64,000 nt of DNA, from NCBI GenBank assembly GCA_965153455.1, contig OZ234493.1, forward strand, positions 1,302,001-1,366,000, written 5' to 3'. Position numbers and translations under genes: made by a program. This DNA is from Sphagnum compactum (taxonomy: Eukaryota). Position 1 is the first letter of the stretch. Every line of letters starts with the position of its first letter. Below are positions 52,401 to 64,000 of the stretch, piece after piece. The notes beneath the pieces were generated by a model that ran no database searches, was not told the DNA's origin, and worked only from the letters and a program-made list of their open reading frames with translations.

Positions 52401-55400
52401 GAGGGTGGTTCCTACTGACATTCAACATGGACCAGAGGTTTTACAAAGGTTCAAAGTAGCCTACAAGCCCTTGGTCAAAGCTTTGTCTAGTTTTGAAAGC
52501 ATGGAGAGCCATGGCGAACCGATTAAGCCATTACTCCGTCAGCTAATCACTTGGACACCACCTAAGGAAGGGATTACATTACTAGAGCTCTTTGGTGGTA
52601 TTGGTACAGGTCTCGAAGCCCTACTACAGTCAGGGATGGTGGTCCGAAGGTATTTCTACGTAGACATTGATCCTATTGCAAGGCAAGTGGCAGCATCGAG
52701 AATGATGGAGCTCACAACCAGATTTCCACAACAGTTTACAACCACTGCATGGAAGGCCAGTTTCACTTTCTTGCCCCCTGACATACAATTAATTCAGAAT
52801 AAGCATATGGAATTACTTGGCCCCGTGGACCTCATCATTTCAGGTTGGGAGTGTCAAGGATTTTCAGCAACTGGATTTGGAGAAGGCTTGAGTGACACAA
52901 GATCCGGTCTCTTCACGGACGTGGTACGATTGATTACCTGGGCTCAATCCATTTCCCCTACGCTTGGTTATGTAATTGAGAACACCCCTTCTCAGCTTGA
53001 CCAGAGGGAGAAAGTCCAGGAGCACTACACACTTGTCAAACATTACCTTGGAGAGCCACTCCTACTCGATGCGGCACAATGCGGTTCCTATGCGCACCGG
53101 TTGCGCAACTGGTGGACCAACCTTGCACCACTTTCAATTCTGCAGTTGGCTCTGAGATACACCATCAGAGACCACAACCTGCAGGTTTCTCACATATTGG
53201 ATGATCAGAGCTCTTGCCAACCAGTTACAAGGCAAGAGAAACCTCCTTGGTTTCCTGCGAATACGATAGGAAAACCAAGAGGTGCTTGGCCCACCTTTGT
53301 CTCCTTCCCTGGAGCACACGCCTTTCAGGGAGATGGACCAGGCTTGGTGTATCGTCATGCTTCAGCCACTTGGGATGAACCAAGCCCAGAAGAAAGAGAA
53401 AGGGCTATGGGGTTCCAAACTGGCACTACTAGTCACACCAAGGTGACTAGATTGGAGCGTAACGCTCTACTCGGGAGAAGCATGGACCTGAACTCCCTTA
53501 CATGGTTATTGGTAACCTGTGTACTCTTTCAAATGTACACAACACCAACACTGACTCAATCAGCTTGCAGCTCTGACGATGCAACCACATGGCACCCCGA
53601 CCAAGTACACTTGCCTATCTTCAACACTCTACATTTCACTCTCAGTGTTGGGGGGGAGGAGGTACCATGTAATTTGACTCAAGTTATGTCCAATACACCT
53701 GGAGGTACATCAGCTTCTGGAGAAACAATTACAACCTTCTACGAATCTACGGAGTTGGATAATGGAAAACCCAATACATCAGGTTCTTCAAACACACTTT
53801 CCAACTCCATTCCATGTGTTTCCAACTACCCTTTTGTTATGGGGAACCAGCTCACCAAGAAGGAGAGAGACCAGGTCACAGACTTGCTAATTAAGTATGA
53901 GAATGTGTTCGCATTCTCAATGAAAGACTTAGGTAGGTGTAAGACCATGCAGTTCTCTATAGACCTTACAGATGAGACACCCGTTTATCGAAGGAGGCAT
54001 AGGTTGAGCAAACATGAATGGGAATTGGTAGATGAAAGATGCAAAGAGCTCCATGAGGCCGGTCTCATTCAGCCATCAAGTTCTGATTTCGCAGCCGCTA
54101 CAGTAATGCCAGCAAAGAAGGATTCAGCTGGATTATGGACTGAGAAAAGGATGTGCGGGGATTATAGGCCTTTGAACCTGGTTACACCTCAGGACAGGTA
54201 CCCCATGCCCATCCCTGAAGAACTGTTTGATAGCATTGGAGACTCAAACATCTTCACAATTGTGGATCTGAGGCAAGGCTTCAACCAGATTGTGCTCGTT
54301 GCAAAAGATCGCAAGAAAACAGCATTCCATGGAAGCAATAAGTTGTGGGAATGGCTTGTGATGCCTTTTGGATTGAAGAATGCACCTGTCTTCTTTCAAC
54401 GAGTCATGGACCAGGTTCTCGAAGGGGCAGATTTCCTGAAATGCTACATAGATGATGTCCTAGTGCATAGCAAGGGACTCCTACATCACTTGGCTCATCT
54501 TGAGGAGTTATTCAAGAGGCTCCACGAAGTCAATATGAAGATCCATCCTAAAAAGTGTGAGTTTGCTGTCACCTCAGTAGTTTACCTTGGACACAGAATT
54601 TTGCCAAATGGTATTATGGCTCATTGGGCCAAAGTAGTAGCCATTTTGGAGATGCCCGATCCTACTGATGTTCACACTTTGAGGAGCTTCATCGGACTAT
54701 GTAATTACTACAGGATTTATGTCCAAGACTTCAGTACTATTGCTCATCCTCTCTATGCATTGTTAAAGAAGGATGTTGCTTGGACATGGAGTGAAGAGGC
54801 TCGGGAAGCTTTCAACACACTCAAGGAAAAGCTTTCAGAGTTTCTGAGAAGACCTGATTTCAGCAAGGTCTTCATTCTACACACTGACTGGAGTGCTCTT
54901 GGTATTGGAGTTATTCTTGGCCAACTTGATGAGGAAGGCAAGGAATATGTTATCGCCTATGCATCTCGAAGCAACAACAAGGCTGAGAGCAACTACTCTT
55001 CATACGAGGGGGAGTGCCTTGCTGTTGTATGGGCCGTCATACATTTCAGGCCCTATCTTTATGGCACCAATTTCACTCTGTATACGGACCACCAGCCTAT
55101 CAAGTGGTTGATGACCAACGATAAGCTTACTGGTAAGTTAGCTCGTTGGGCGCTGATACTTCAAGAGTATGAGTTCAAGGTTATTCACCGACCAGGTATT
55201 ACACATCAGAATGCAGATACCATGTCACGAAGACCCCTCACTACCTCTGAAGATTTTTCAGAAGCCAGGCAAGATTTTGACCAGATCCCAGCAATACATG
55301 TATCTGAGGCATCTAGTTATCTTGCATTACTGCAATGTAACCTGGTTGAGCATCCCATTCTGGATATATGGGAGGACTTGGACACTCTGGGGTTTCTTCA

Positions 55401-56811
55401 ACATGGGGAATACCCTCCCCAAGTTACATCAAGTCAGCGGGATCGCATACAACAGCAATCCAAACGCTACTCATGGAGGGACAATCACCTCGTCCGATGC
55501 TTACCACAAGGCGACAGAGTGGTTCCACCACCACATGAACGCCCTGGTCTTATTCAGAAGGTACACTCGGAGTTTGGACATTTTGGAGTTAAGCGTACTT
55601 ATAGCCTTATCGCTCCTCATTACCATTGGAGAGGTATGTATGCTCAAGTCCGAGACGTCATTGCTAGGTGTGAACAATGTGATAGAGTGAGAACTTCCTT
55701 CTCCTCTCGACAGCTCACTCTTTCTCCACTACCTATTCAGGGCATGTTCTATCGCTGGTCATGTGATTTAGCTGGAGAATTACCACAGACCTCCAGGGGT
55801 AATGTCTACATCATGATTATGATTGAACATTTTTCAAAGTGGGTCGAACTTGTTGCGCTACCGGACAAGTCATCACACAGCACTAGCCAGGCTTTCTTAC
55901 AACAGGTTCTAAGTAGGTTTGGGGCTTGTGCTGAGTGCCTTACTGATCAAGGATCAGAATTCAGGGGAGAATTCCAAGACCTACTTGACCATGCTCTCAT
56001 TGACCATCGTCGGACTTCAAGAGATCATCCCCAAGCTGATGGCCTTGCAGAAAGGATGGTTCAAACATGCAAGAAGGGTCTTCGGAAGATTTGCCTCACT
56101 AAGAACAAAGAGGATTGGGACCTGGCCCTCTCTTACATCGCCATGGGTTACAGGATGTCCAAACACGCCTCTTTATCTCATTTCTCCCCTTACTTTTTAC
56201 TTTTTGGGAGACATCCCATTCCACCCTCTTCCATTGCTGCTCAAATGGACCAAGTTGTGGACTTGGACTCCCCAACCATTTGGGCTAAGGTCATTGCAGA
56301 AAGGGCCGCTCTATTCAGGAGGGTTATGCCCATGGCCATGGAAAACCTGTCCATTGCACAACATCGAGACACCTTACGGTATGCACACACACGAGGTGGT
56401 AGTTACAAACCTAAGGTGAGACAATTTGATGTTGGTGATTTTGTGTATTTTCAGCGACAACCCAATGATACTTTAGACACTTCTTCCGGTCGCACCATCT
56501 TGAGGATTAAGGCGATCAGGCCTTCAGGTGTGTTGGAGCTACAAGGAGCTGACGGACGCACAATTCGGGATCATTCCAAAAATTGTGCGCCTTGCCACCT
56601 GCCAAACTTGGACCCTACCATCAGCACATCGACTTGGATTCCTCCACTTGATTATCCATGTCAGGTATGTCAGAGGATGGACGATGCTGATCAGATGCTG
56701 CTTTGCGACAACTGTAATGGTGGATACCATCTCTTCTGCCTCAAGCCGGAGCTCACTCAAGTTCCCGTTGGCAATTGGTACTGTTCATCATGTTCTCCTA
56801 CAGCACCTTGA
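49423..56811 (+). CDS. Gag-Pol polyprotein (gag, two Zn knuckles, aspartic protease, C5-DNA methyltransferase, RT, RNase H, integrase, PHD), interrupted by in-frame stops at 50077-50079 and 50167-50169
   Basis: ORFs 49423-50079 and 50248-56811 share a frame. Motifs: CNYCGNPAHKASEC, CDYCGKEGHHESVC, LLDTGA, RMCGDYRPLN, MPFGLKNAP, YIDDVLV, FILHTDWS, YTDHQPI, HSEFGH..CEQC, WSCDLAG / LTDQGSEF / DGLAERMVQ (D,D,E triad). Confidence 0.93.
52573..53511 (+). other. DNMT3-like C5 cytosine methyltransferase domain within pol
   Basis: Motif I LELFGGIG, II VDID, IV DLIISGWECQGFS, VI VIENT, VIII DAAQCGSYAHRLRNWWTNL, IX ERERAMGF, X RNALLGRSM. Confidence 0.9.
56659..56793 (+). other. PHD finger (C4HC3) at the integrase C-terminus
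   Basis: CQVCQRMDDADQMLLCDNCNGGYHLFCLKPELTQVPVGNWYCSSC. Confidence 0.93.
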
Positions 56812-56852
56812 TTCCTACTCAGACCATGCCATGCTTTTCCCGGCTCAGGTCT

Positions 56853-56860
56853 GGGGGGGG
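56853..56860 (+). other. Polypurine tract (G8) directly before repeat B1
   Basis: ctgggggggg|atacatgaga; the G run abuts the first base of the 3' repeat array. Confidence 0.7.
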
Positions 56861-58013
56861 ATACATGAGAATTTCATCTCAGTCTCATGTGTGCATTGTA
56901 TATATATGTGTGCATGTATCTCTTTTTAGTTGATTAGTTTATATCTTTGACTGGCTTTAGTCTTTTTGTTTAGTAGAGTTTCTTATGAATGTACACCTTA
57001 CGACACTGTATGTCACGACACTACACGTCACGACAGCTGTCATGCCCGTATGCACGGCCTCATACATGATGGTCGGCTACGGGCATGCCCATCATGTCTT
57101 TTGAGGGTTAATGTACGTTTGTAGGGTTAATGTGCGCTCATAAGTGACTGTACGCTATTAGGTATTTAGGGTTTCAGCTTTGGTGGCTGTATAAAAGGGC
57201 CAAGCTCTGCCCTTCTCCTTTAGTTTTTCTAGAATTCCTTTGTCAGGTGATTTCTCCATCATAAGCTAAGATTTCTAGATGCTCACGGCGGCCATTGCAC
57301 GACCACCGTCTACATACATTTCATTTCTTTCTTGCTTTGCATTTACAATATACATGAGAATTTCATCTCAGTCTCATGTGTGCATTGTATATATATGTGT
57401 GCATGTATCTCTTTTTAGTTGATTAGTTTATATCTTTGACTGGCTTTAGTCTTTTTGTTTAGTAGAGTTTCTTATGAATGTACACCTTACGACACTGTAT
57501 GTCACGACACTACACGTCACGACAGCTGTCATGCCCGTATGCACGGCCTCATACATGATGGTCGGCTACGGGCATGCCCATCATGTCTTTTGAGGGTTAA
57601 TGTACGTTTGTAGGGTTAATGTGCGCTCATAAGTGACTGTACGCTATTAGGTATTTAGGGTTTCAGCTTTGGTGGCTGTATAAAAGGGCCAAGCTCTGCC
57701 CTTCTCCTTTAGTTTTTCTAGAATTCCTTTGTCAGGTGATTTCTCCATCATAAGCTAAGATTTCTAGATGCTCACGGCGGCCATTGCACGACCACCGTCT
57801 ACATACATTTCATTTCTTTCTTGCTTTGCATTTACAATATACATGAGAATTTCATCTCAGTCTCATGTGTGCATTGTATATATATGTGTGCATGTATCTC
57901 TTTTTAGTTGATTAGTTTATATCTTTGACTGGCTTTAGTCTTTTTGTTTAGTAGAGTTTCTTATGAATGTACACCTTACGACACTGTATGTCACGACACT
58001 ACACGTCACGACA
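56861..58013 (+). repeat. 3' terminal repeat array: B1 (56861-57035), gc, A2 (57038-57349), B2 (57350-57524), gc, A3 (57527-57838), B3 (57839-58013)
   Basis: 489-bp periodicity; the copies look identical by eye. Confidence 0.95.
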
Positions 58014-60279
58014 CCTATCTTCCTCATTTTGTGTGTGTGTGTGTTTTTTTCAGGGAAACAAATGGAAAAATTCATTGCAAAGAAATATTTTTAGTGCGTT
58101 TTGAATGGTTAAAACATAATGGGTGCGCCAACTAGGGCTTTATAAAATTTCTTTGTATTCCAAAAGGCAAATACGCAACAATCAAAGATCTTAAACTTGA
58201 AATCCTATTGTGTTTTAATTCACCTGTCACTGAACACTGTACCCATTATACCGAACACCTCATATCTTGTCCATTCCTTTATTGAATTGAGATATTTTTG
58301 CAGTGTTGGGCAGCGCTAGGTGGAGGGCTAAGATACCTACCTACTTTGCACAACAAAGCACAAGTTGTTGCCCACAACATAATTTAATGAGTGTCTCTAC
58401 CATGGAAAACTAGAGGTGAATAATGAAAGTTTGAAGATCATAGCAAAATCATGCCCAATAAAGAAATATAGGCTCTAGCACGCCAAACAAGCAAAATCAA
58501 TATGCAGCAGATTGGAGACAATAAGAGTATAATTGCTTACTTTTTGCAAGAATGACAGAAGTCCATAGTCCATACAATATTACCCCATACCTGGGATCCT
58601 GAAATGAGTAGCAAGGGAATGAATAATTAATTGCTAAGTTGCTCCTCACTAATCCATACACCAATGTGCAATGAGTAGCAGCAAATGTAAAGCACAAGCA
58701 GAACATTTCAGTATATTTGGAGGACACACTATCAAGTGAAATCTGTCACCATGTACATGTACACCAAGAGTACCCTTGCACACATTATACCCAAGATTGC
58801 TTTTTCATTTGACAAAACCCAATTGCTCTTGTCAAAGGATAGGAAACGCTAGTGTGCGACCATAGTGTTTTTGTGTGCAAGGATAGGGAACAACAGTGCG
58901 ATGATGGGGGAATTGGTGTGTGATGTTAGAGGATTCGCAACAAATAGGTCCCTTTACTCTACACCAGATTACACTTGTGTTTGATTGAGGTCAACAAACA
59001 TCATGATCCTATTCCAGCATTGGTGTTTTTTCTTCATAAAACCAAGGATATGGGCTTGCCTGCAATGGTCTACTTTATCTTCAGAGGAGCCCATCAATTG
59101 CATCTGGATTCTGGATGCATTAGGTTCTCTGAAATTGATTTTTATTGTTATCATGGTTGTTGCAATGTGTACTTTCAAGGTTGACCCCAATTGCTACTTG
59201 CCTACCATTTGAAAATTTAGTACAAACCAGTGTTGGTCTAGTATCAAAGAATATTACCTATATAGCAGGCTGGTATGGTCTTCAATACCTTGTCAATGCC
59301 AGGCATAAGCCTATACACCAGAGCACTGAATTATTTGGTGGTGAGTTTTTGCCATTTTATCATTTTCTTTCTTTTTTGGTTCAAATGAAAAAAATCATTG
59401 CAAAGAAAAAGGCTTTTAAAAATATTTTGAAAACAGAATATTTGATCACCAATTCTCTTTTTTGAAAACAATTGCCAAAAATTGTCACAACTGCCTACAA
59501 CATGAAAAAGGCATTTCAGATCCTTTTTACATTCATAATCTGAACTAGTGTGTAACTTGTGCCGTTTGGCCCAAGTGTGAACACATTCTTTATTTTTCAC
59601 ATTTTCAGAATTGAAAATTTCTAAATTCAACAATGTGAACACATTGAGGGCTCAACTGATTTTTCCTCCTAAACCCAATTTTTGAAATTTGTTTGAATTT
59701 CCAGCAACAAAATCCACTCAAAAAGTCAATATCTTCCACACCTTAGCTCCAAAATTTGTGAATAAACTTTGAGCATTCCGAAGATACCAAGAGCACAGCA
59801 TGAAGCACTCTGGTTTGGGAGATCCCAGCATGACAAAACAAAACAAAACAAAACAAACTACAAAAGATGTCACAAAATTTGGCTAAATATTCTTATGGAT
59901 GATTGCCAATTGAGCAACATCACAAAATTGGGAAAGAAAAAACATTGTACCAGAGTTCAGGCAAACACTTACACAAACTCCAATTGTGCCCATCATTTTG
60001 GGCTTACCAAACCTCCTTTTTTTGGGCATACAAAACCTTTAATCTTCGTAGAAATTAGGGCATGTTTGGGCATCACCTGTACATCATCATTTTTGTTTTT
60101 CAAGATTATGCAGCCAAATTGGGAAGGCTCTCAAATGTGCAATGTGTGGTGGATTGAATGTTTTTCCTTAGTCAATGGCCAACAAGAGTGTTTGTGCAAT
60201 TATACAATTAGGTAACCGGTGAGAGCATGCAAGTAACCAGTGTGCTCAAGCGAGTCGCTGGACATAAGCATCCCTTGTG

Positions 60280-60510
60280 GGAATCGAGATGCTCATGGAG
60301 AGAGAGAGATTATGAACTCTTCATCCAAGTACCAAAGGGCTATGGAATCATTGGGCCAATGAGAGCCCGGTGTGATACCATGTGCTAACTAGTAAGTCCC
60401 TAATGAACCGGAGGTTGAAGGTTATGGGCTTAACTTGTGACCGGACACCCAACTCGAGTGCCAAGATTCTCATGAGGGATGGTTAGGGTTACCAATAAGT
60501 AATACCAATC
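60280..60510 (+). repeat. Diverged dispersed repeat related to about 8300-8540
   Basis: Shared collinear blocks: tcatcca..., cattggg[ct]caatgagag, ctaatgaa, taacttgtgacc, agattctcat. Confidence 0.5.
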
Positions 60511-63500
60511 TTCAACGAGAAGACTATGTGAGATGTAGGGGGCCACTCCTCCGAGGCCTGGTTTGGCAAAATGTGATTACTTTGGAAAGTGCTCAAATTT
60601 AAATCCTATAAATTATTTTGCCTAAAATGTTTAATTAGTAAAAGAACTATGTTTGGAAACAAAGGGAAGCATTCAATAAATGCTACAACATGAAATCAAT
60701 AATAGTCACGTATATCATTCACCTGAGATTGGAGTTCAATAAAATTTCAACTTTCTTGATTTTGAAGGGCTCCATTGAGGATTAAATTTTGAACTAGACT
60801 TCACATGGCCTTGTCCCCTTATTTTGGTAATGCCCTCAATTAGGGTTTTACCCTACACAGAAAATATTTCCAAGCTCTTTTACCCATCCAGAGGGCCCAG
60901 GGTGAACCAGTGGTCCAGCACCTACTCTGGTACCTCCACCTTCTTGAGCGAGGTTTCTTATAGGCTATAATAAAAGTGGGAAAAGTCAAAATTGGACTCT
61001 AAACCCTGATTTGGTCTTAAGATGGTAGAGTTATCGTAAAGTCACGCTGTCTTCACTCTCTCTTTCACCCCCTATCCCCTCTTTCAGTGGTATCTACAAA
61101 GTAAGGAAATTTTATTAAATCTCAGTATGAAATGCTGAAACTCAACATTTAATGCACAAGGTTCGAGAGTAATTATAGTAGTTGTACAGGTAAGAGCAGT
61201 GAAAATATATGTAGCAGCAGTGGAGGCGCTCAGGAAAAAGGAAAGACAGGATGAAACTGAGTTTACCACCAAAATTGGTGGAAAAACTAGTTTGGGATCC
61301 TGTTATTTCGTTTTGTAAAATTTTCATTCCCAGTCACGCGTGTGAGGCCCTATTATGCCAAAATTGGCCATTCTCGCCCCCTAGTCGCGGGACTTTACAG
61401 ATAACTATGGTCTATACATAATGTTTGAGCAATCCAAAAACATTTGAGGTTTTCAATTTTTACCATAGTACCCAGTCTAGGTGCTAGTTCACCCAAGGCT
61501 GAAGAGGTACTTGCAGGAACCAGGCCCTTTAGGTACAGCTATTTGTGTTTTGCATCCAGAGATTGCTGTCCTGACACAATACAGCTGTGGAGTTGTACTC
61601 ATGGTAGTGAACATAAGTTGTTATGCAGTTTCCAAAGCCAAGTCAGTGAAAGTAATCAACATAGTGAAAAGGGGACACTGAGAGTGGCCTTTTGTTGAAG
61701 TCCAGGCTCAATCATCCTTTAGCATTCAGTGTCTAATGATCGTCACCTCTTGAAGCTACCAAGCTAAAACACCCTGTTTTTACCAAGAAGCCTTTTAAAA
61801 TTGAAGCCCTAATTGCCTTTCAAAAGGTGTCTAAAGTTTGAACCCTGTCCTTAAACTCTAATTTAGTTGTTCTTCAAATCTAAATCACAATAATTCAGTC
61901 AACCTTTCAATTCAATGAGTACTTAAAAAGAGTTGCCTAAAACCCTAAACACTAATTAAATGTTTCATTCAAACCAAAGAACACTAATTCAATTAGCCTT
62001 TCAATTAAAAGGGTATTTAAGAAAAGAGTTTTCCTTCAATAATTCTCAGTGCAGAACAATTTTTCTGCAAAATTCATTGTGGGTTATTTTTTGCTGTGTG
62101 ATAAACAAAGTACTTCTCACTTTGAATAGCAAGGCTGACAGTATTCCTTACCTTTGAGGTTACAAGCTTAGTACATTCTTGGAGGAGGAGGGACTCTCTG
62201 GGGATGTCATATAAAAAAAATGTAGAAAAACAAAAAAAATAAATTGTTAGAGCTCACACAAATGATGCAAACCTGTCAAATATGTTTGATCACCATTGTC
62301 AAGTATTTCTCAGAGAACATTAGTTTTCTGTAGTTAATTTGTTGTTGGAACCAAGTTCAATGTCAACAAAGTTCCTAGTTGTTTTTTTTTTCTCCTTTTC
62401 TTTTTGGGTTTTAATTTCAAGGACTATTTCTGGAGTCTATTTATGCGAATATTTTTATATGTGTGTGACTTTGTTAGTTTTGATCATGTTGGCCGTCTAT
62501 GTAATAGCATAAGACACAATTGAGAACACACACATAAGATGCTAGAAATGAAACAAGAAAGAAAAAAGAGACTTAAAAAATTGCTGATGAGAGTGGGCAA
62601 CAATTAGTAACAAAATCAGATGTGTGATATCTCCAGTACTACGGTGTCACAGACAATATCAAAGCTTTCCATAAGTGTCCAACTAAATAGGACTTAGAAG
62701 TTGCAAAGTCTGAGTGAGCATCTCTTGCTTACAATCCACTCTTGATAATTAGCTGCTGCTGCCCACACTAACTTGGTGTTTTATTTTTCTGTTTTTTTGC
62801 GCTAGGAATTACTTTGATTGGCTATCACAAAAAAAATATTGAAGCATTGGGCATACCCAGAATAGAATCACACACCAACTTTGTTTTGGTAGCTCTACTA
62901 TATAGATAAGCATTTGGTCAATTTCATCAGCCTACTGCAACAGTACTTACTACAGACATCCTTGATTTGCAGCCCCCATGTGCTTGCTCTTTAACTGGGT
63001 TTAAGTATTATTACTTGAGAAAAGAAACAAGTGGGAAATGATGTAAACAAGGAAAAAGCCTGCACTTCACTTGAGTGATGATTTTACAATAAAGATGATT
63101 CTTAACTTGCTACTGTTAAAGCATTGACACACACCCATTGCAGCTGGATTATGAGATCTTTTTTGAAGCTATTAAGCTGATGAGGCTGGAGGGAGTGACT
63201 GACTGAGAACCTCTTTCCATTGCCCATATGCACTTTTTTTTTCCAGGAGACTTACAGAAGTCTGTTGCTGCCAGAGAAAACACCTGTCCAAAAATCTAGA
63301 CTTGGTTAGTGTAGTACCCTTGGCGGCCTTCGACAACAATTATGTTATGTGTAGAAATGTTGAAATTTTCCCCAAAATTTATTGCAAAGAGCAAAATCTC
63401 GCAAACGAATGTGTAGAATCTTTTGGAATATTCAGTAATATTCGGTTTTCCACATGGAATCTTCAAAATTAATTAATTATATAACAGACATGTGTTGAAG

Positions 63501-64000
63501 CTGCCTCTGTAGCTAGCACCTTAAGTAGAGAAACAAGGTTGGTGTTGTGAGAATGGTGTCCCACATGAGAAATCTCGTGGGAGGGGGTGTGTTAATGGGT
63601 TGGGCTTTTATCTTCATAATAGAGATCATCAACCTTTAACTTTGGTACATACTTCACCTAATCCCATCCCAACAAAATCACCAACTACATTAGTGGTGAG
63701 AAGAGGAAGGCAAAGCTTCAAAAGTCTTGGCAACTTGCTAATGATGTTTCATTAATTGAAAAAATAAATCGAGTGACAAGGTTGAAAAAGAAAACAAATG
63801 GTGATACTTGTACCATGTGGAAGAGATTGCGTACCCTGTCGGTACCCCTGTCGCCAATAATTTTTTTTAAAAAAAAAAGAAAAAGTAGTGCAAGTTGAAA
63901 GGGATGTATAACACAAAAAAGTCTTCTGCTGGGGTGGGGTACTGGTGACCACCGTACGCGAGAGAGAGAGAGAGGGGGCGAGAATCGGTAATTGTGTCGG

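Larger units (their letters stand above)
47875..58013 (+). mobile_element. Ty3/Gypsy-type retrotransposon with DNMT3-like methyltransferase, PHD-tipped integrase and split terminal repeats (A-body-B-A-B-A-B)
   Basis: Termini TGTCATG...CACGACA (imperfect inverted repeat, TG..CA); 4-bp TSD CCTA at 47871-47874 and 58014-58017; gag-PR-MT-RT-RH-IN-PHD reading frame; repeats A (312 bp) and B (175 bp). Confidence 0.95.

Noticed and set aside
47875-58013. Classification as a DIRS/PAT/Ngaro tyrosine-recombinase element because of the split repeats and a methyltransferase
   Set aside because: No tyrosine recombinase is seen. It has an aspartic protease, an HHCC + DDE integrase, TG..CA ends and a 4-bp TSD, and its MTase is C5/DNMT3-like rather than the adenine-type MT of DIRS elements.
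59228-59328. Third hAT-like MITE starting cagtgttggtctagtatc
   Set aside because: The right end is degenerate with no matching 8-bp TSD, so it is not listed as a feature.
63496-63516. tgaagctgcc resembling the start of miR167
   Set aside because: Only about 10 nt match and no complementary arm was found nearby.

Overview
AT-rich eukaryotic nuclear DNA from a land plant, probably a bryophyte (inferred from plant-type genes, spliceosomal introns and TTTAGGG tracts). Host genes: a two-exon LRR receptor-like pseudokinase of the GHR1/SIRK1 type (17487-20777), a 12-exon sulfoquinovosyltransferase SQD2 (26308-31812), and a convergent At5g19025-like membrane-protein gene with one in-frame stop (33026-33727, minus strand). 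Intergenic DNA holds hAT and PIF/Harbinger MITEs with intact target-site duplications (TSDs), a decayed LINE and several minisatellites. The standout is a young 10.1-kb Ty3/Gypsy-type retrotransposon (47875-58013, TSD CCTA) with four unusual traits. (1) A complete DNMT3-like cytosine methyltransferase domain sits between protease and RT. (2) A PHD finger ends the DDE integrase. (3) The primer-binding site appears to be Tf1-style self-priming rather than tRNA-primed. (4) The terminal repeats are split and permuted, A-body-B-gc-A-B-gc-A-B. This geometry suggests integration from a 2-LTR circle opened at an internal palindrome (GACA^GCTGTC) rather than from linear cDNA ends; the mechanism is an inference.
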